From positions 13,089-77,088 of the forward strand of contig OZ253463.1 in the NCBI GenBank assembly GCA_965261635.1: DNA of 64,000 bases, given 5' to 3'. The translations under genes and the position numbers were made by a program. The DNA comes from Chloroflexota bacterium (lineage in GTDB: Bacteria; Chloroflexota; UBA11872; VXOZ01). Within the stretch, counting starts at the first letter, position 1, and every line of letters starts with the position of its first letter. Below the pieces are notes generated by a model that worked only from the letters and a program-made list of their open reading frames with translations, was not told the origin of the DNA and searched no databases. Below are positions 60,327 to 64,000 of this stretch, piece by piece.

Positions 60327-60617
60327 GTGAATCTGACAGCGACGTCACAGCAAAAGCACATACCCCAGCGTACGTGCCTCGGCTGCCGGGCAACGAAACC
60401 TAAGAGAGCTCTGGCGCGAATTGTGCGCACGCAGGAAGGGCGCGTAATAATTGACACCACAGGCAAAGAGCGTGGTCGCGGCGCCTACCTATGTCCCGAT
60501 GCTGACTGTGCGAGAAAAGCGCTCAAAGCAAGCACCCTTAACCGGGCGTTGCGAACCAGCGTAGATGATGCGGCGCTGGCAGAATTGCTGGCGTGGGCCG
60601 AGCAACTAGCAGAATAG
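60327..60617 (+). CDS. ylxR: YlxR/RnpM RNA-binding protein
   Basis: PQRTCLGC, GRGAYLC; between nusA and infB. Confidence 0.9.
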   Translation: MNLTATSQQKHIPQRTCLGCRATKPKRALARIVRTQEGRVIIDTTGKERGRGAYLCPDADCARKALKASTLNRALRTSVDDAALAELLAWAEQLAE

Positions 60618-60705
60618 GTCGACGCACCCTCTAAACCGTCCAAATCCTGGAACGCTCCCTCCGTCCACTGCAGTGAGAGAGCATTCCGCGAGAGGTGGAA
60701 CAACA

Positions 60706-62598
60706 ATGAGAACAGGTTCTAGATATAGAGGCGGGGCGCGCAGGCGATCTTCCGGCCGTAAATCGTCGGAGCAGCAAGACCGCACCGCAGGCACCTTACA
60801 TGGGACTGCCGCCACCATAGCGGAGCCGGCACGCAAGATTAAGCTCCCGCAAGACATTACCGTCGCCCAACTCGCAGAGCGCCTTGAATTGAGCCCTACA
60901 GCCATAATCAAAGAGCTCTTCACACGCGGTACTGCCGTCACCATTAATCAAACACTCGACTACGCCACCGCATCAGTTGTCGTTGAGTCGTTGGGTCATA
61001 GCGTAGTAAAAGAAGAGGTCAGACCGGCAGCGGCCAAGCCAAAAGAAGACGTGTTGCTTGAAATTGCCAAGCAGACGGGTACAACCGAGCGGCGGCGGCG
61101 GCGTTTTGAAAAGCGCTCTCCGGTCGTCACCGTGATGGGCCACGTCGACCATGGCAAGACCTCACTCCTGGACGCGCTGCGTGAGACCAACGTGGCGGAA
61201 GGCGAGTCGGGCGGAATTACGCAGCGCATTGGCGCCTACCAGGTAACCAACAACGGCGCCACCGTTACTTTTATCGACACGCCCGGTCATAAGGCATTTA
61301 CGGCCATGCGCGCACGGGGCGCAAAGGTAACGGACCTGGCCGTGATCGTGGTCGCGGCTGACGACGGGATAATGCCACAGACCATCGAGGCCATCAATCA
61401 CGCGCGGGCGGCAAAGGTCCCGTTCCTCATCGCTCTCAACAAGATCGACCTACCGAACGCCAACCCGGATCGCGTGAAGCAACAGCTTACGGAACACGAA
61501 ATCGTCATTGAAGAGTATGGCGGCGAAACGGTGCTGGTAGAGGTCTCCGCCCAGACGAGAGAAGGCTTGGACGACCTCTTGGAAATGATTGCGCTCCTCT
61601 CCGAACTTGAGGGTGTACGCGCCGATCCCCGTATTCCGGCGCGGGGCGTTGTGATCGAGAGCAACATGGACAAAAGCCGCGGCCCTGTGGCAACGGTGCT
61701 TGTGCAGGAGGGCACACTTCACGTGGGCGATACGGTGGTCTGTGGCAAGACTTCCGGTCGTGTGCGCGCACTCTTCGGTGAAAGTGGCGCATCTGTATCC
61801 GAAGCCGGCCCTTCCGTGCCGGCCGAGATACTTGGACTCAGCGCGCTGCCCGCTCCCGGAGATACGATCATCGTCGTGGTCGACGAGAAGGCCGCGAAGA
61901 CTCTGCTGCAAGAACTCACGGAGCGCGAGCGGGTTGATACGGAGCGCATGTCGCTGGATACGCTCAGCGCGACTGCCGGTGAGGGCGTGGAAGAGTTGGA
62001 TATTGTCCTTAAAGCCGATATCCGCGGCTCAGTTGAAGCCATCCAACAAGCCTTGGAGCAACTCTCAACCGAAGAAACTCGCGTACGAGTCATTTACAGC
62101 GGCGTCGGCCCTGTGAGTGAGACAGACGTGCAACTGGCCATCGCCGGGAACGCATTGATTACCGCATTCAACGTGCGCCCAGACGTCGCTGCTCGTTCGC
62201 TGGCGGACTCGGAGACTATTGAAATCCGCTACTACAACGTGATTTACACCCTCATCGAAGAAATGCAGAAAGCCTTGCTCGGACTACTTGATCCTTTGAT
62301 CATTGAAGTGATAGATGGGCAGGCAGAGGTGCGGGCAGTTTTCAACCAAGTGCGTGGGCAGACGGTGCTTGGCGCAATCGTCCGTGAGGGCACAATGCGC
62401 CGCGGGGCCCAGGTGCGTGTGCTGCGCAATAAACGGCAATTGCTCAAGAACACTGTCACAAGCCTGCGCCGGTTCAAAGATACCGTGCGCGAGGTGACTA
62501 GCGGTTACGAGTGCGGTATCGGCATTGGCGAAATCTATGACGTGCACGAAGGCGATGTGCTCGAGACATTCCATATCGAAGAGAAGGCACGCGTCTAG
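60706..62598 (+). CDS. infB: translation initiation factor IF-2
   Basis: [37 protein letters not shown]. Confidence 0.97.
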   Translation: MRTGSRYRGGARRRSSGRKSSEQQDRTAGTLHGTAATIAEPARKIKLPQDITVAQLAERLELSPTAIIKELFTRGTAVTINQTLDYATASVVVESLGHSVVKEEVRPAAAKPKEDVLLEIAKQTGTTERRRRRFEKRSPVVTVMGHVDHGKTSLLDALRETNVAEGESGGITQRIGAYQVTNNGATVTFIDTPGHKAFTAMRARGAKVTDLAVIVVAADDGIMPQTIEAINHARAAKVPFLIALNKIDLPNANPDRVKQQLTEHEIVIEEYGGETVLVEVSAQTREGLDDLLEMIALLSELEGVRADPRIPARGVVIESNMDKSRGPVATVLVQEGTLHVGDTVVCGKTSGRVRALFGESGASVSEAGPSVPAEILGLSALPAPGDTIIVVVDEKAAKTLLQELTERERVDTERMSLDTLSATAGEGVEELDIVLKADIRGSVEAIQQALEQLSTEETRVRVIYSGVGPVSETDVQLAIAGNALITAFNVRPDVAARSLADSETIEIRYYNVIYTLIEEMQKALLGLLDPLIIEVIDGQAEVRAVFNQVRGQTVLGAIVREGTMRRGAQVRVLRNKRQLLKNTVTSLRRFKDTVREVTSGYECGIGIGEIYDVHEGDVLETFHIEEKARV

Positions 62599-62637
62599 CG
62601 TCATAGGAAAGGGGCTTGCTCTTCTTCGCATGGAGCA

Positions 62638-62677
62638 AGCATAAAGCTGCGGGCCTCGAGGCCCGCAGCTTTATGCT
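62638..62677. repeat. perfect 40-bp palindrome
   Basis: agcataaagctgcgggcctcgaggcccgcagctttatgct equals its own reverse complement. Confidence 0.85.
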
Positions 62678-62812
62678 ACGTAGCGGCGAGCAAACCCAAG
62701 ACTCGCTCTTGCAAACCGCGCCGAATTGGCCGCAACGGTACAGCGAATAGCGAAAGATGCGCGAGACGGGCCGCTGTTGCGCGGCATTCCGTGCACGTGA
62801 AGGGAGTATCGT

Positions 62813-63238
62813 ATGGACTTGCGAAAGTTGGAGCGGTCAACCGCTTTGTTGCGCGAGGAATTAACCGATATCTTGCGCTCGGAAGTGCGCGATCCCCGGC
62901 TTAACGAAGTAACGGTCTCGGCGGTGCGCCTCTCCCGCGACCGGCGACACGCCCGCGTGTTTGTGATCGCGGCGCAACAAGGACAGGAAGAAGAACAGGC
63001 CGTACTCGCCGCCCTGCGCCGCGCTGCGGGCTATGTGCGTCGCTGCTTGGCGCAACGGCTCTCGTGGTACAAGGCCCCGGAGGTAACATTTCAGCTTGAC
63101 GAGGGTATGAAGCAGGGCGATCGCGTTCTCGCTTTGTTCAACGACCTTGAATCAGAGGAACCTGCACAAGCAGACGGTTCGGGACCTGTTGCCGGCGAAT
63201 CCGGTAACGAGCGCCCCGAGGAGCATTCTCCCCAGTGA
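62813..63238 (+). CDS. rbfA: ribosome-binding factor A
   Basis: EVRDPRL, LSRD..HARVFV, AAGYVR, PEVTF..D; follows infB. Confidence 0.92.
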   Translation: MDLRKLERSTALLREELTDILRSEVRDPRLNEVTVSAVRLSRDRRHARVFVIAAQQGQEEEQAVLAALRRAAGYVRRCLAQRLSWYKAPEVTFQLDEGMKQGDRVLALFNDLESEEPAQADGSGPVAGESGNERPEEHSPQ

Positions 63239-64000
63239 TGGATAGTCGTTTGGCATATGCAACGCAGTCGGATGCGGCGACTCCTGCGGCTCTTGCAGAA
63301 CCGCGGGACTCAGCGTTTTCATCCGTGGATTGGGGAAAGGCCTGCGCGCTGGTGCTGGAGGCGCAACGCATCCTTCTCACCACCCACGCCGGCCCTGACG
63401 GCGACGCCATCGGCAGTATAGTCGGGCTCTCTATCGCGCTGCGTGCAATGGGCAAGACGGTGGCAATGGTCTGCAGCGATCCGGTACCGCAAGATCTCAC
63501 CTTTGTGCCGCTTTCGGACCAAGTCCGGGCTTTGCACGATCTCGCCAAACTACCCTTTGTCCCCGACCTTATCATCGTATGCGATGCCGCCAGCTTGGCA
63601 CGCCTCGGCGCAGTGTATACCGAGAGTCAGTCATGCTTTGAAGCATCGCCGATTCTCAACCTGGACCACCACCAGACCAATTCGCGGTTCGGTCGGGTCA
63701 ATCTTGTTGATTCGACCGCAGCCGCAACGGCCGAGATCGCCCACGAGCTGTTGGAGCGGTTGCACGTAACGATTACGCAGGAAATCGCCACGGCGCTGAT
63801 GACCGGCCTGGTTACCGATACGTTGGGGTTTCGTACGGGTAACGTTACGCCGCGCACGCTAACACTTGCTGCGCACCTACTGGAACACGGCGCGCCGCTC
63901 AACGAGATCGGCTATCGCGTATTTCACGCCACGCGGTACGAGAAACTAAGGCTCTGGGGATATGGCCTCTCCAACCTGCAACGCACGGAAGACGGGCGCA
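63238..64000 (+). CDS. nrnA: DHH-family phosphoesterase (NrnA-like), 3' truncated; not in the ORF track
   Basis: ATG overlaps rbfA stop; THAGPDGDAIGS, NLDHHQTN, AATAEI, TDTLGF. Confidence 0.85.
   Translation, partial: MDSRLAYATQSDAATPAALAEPRDSAFSSVDWGKACALVLEAQRILLTTHAGPDGDAIGSIVGLSIALRAMGKTVAMVCSDPVPQDLTFVPLSDQVRALHDLAKLPFVPDLIIVCDAASLARLGAVYTESQSCFEASPILNLDHHQTNSRFGRVNLVDSTAAATAEIAHELLERLHVTITQEIATALMTGLVTDTLGFRTGNVTPRTLTLAAHLLEHGAPLNEIGYRVFHATRYEKLRLWGYGLSNLQRTEDGR

Overview
GC-rich bacterial chromosome segment. The Tat-lipoprotein solute-binding proteins, nusA-ylxR-infB-rbfA-DHH gene order and dense palindromic repeats suggest a Chloroflexota-like organism (inference only). The window holds carbohydrate and peptide catabolic genes, six orphan ABC solute-binding proteins (two from a ~2 kb tandem duplication), and two m5C restriction-modification-like loci. 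The second locus extends into a Vsr-MTase fusion / DUF4928 / 2x dual-OB / 2x DUF488 defence-like operon. Also present: a VapBC45-like TA pair, an IS5 and an IS30 each inserted in a specific palindromic repeat family, two MITE types, tRNA-Pro(CGG), a SAM-I riboswitch ahead of a thrC-like + sulfur-carrier pair, an EF-G paralogue and the nusA-infB operon lacking rimP. The strongest candidates for novelty are a cytoplasmic S8 subtilase whose catalytic Ser motif reads GGCMANG (Cys nucleophile plus Pro225->Gly, like engineered subtiligase) and the dual-OB/DUF488 defence operon. All family calls come from motif recognition; no database search was run.
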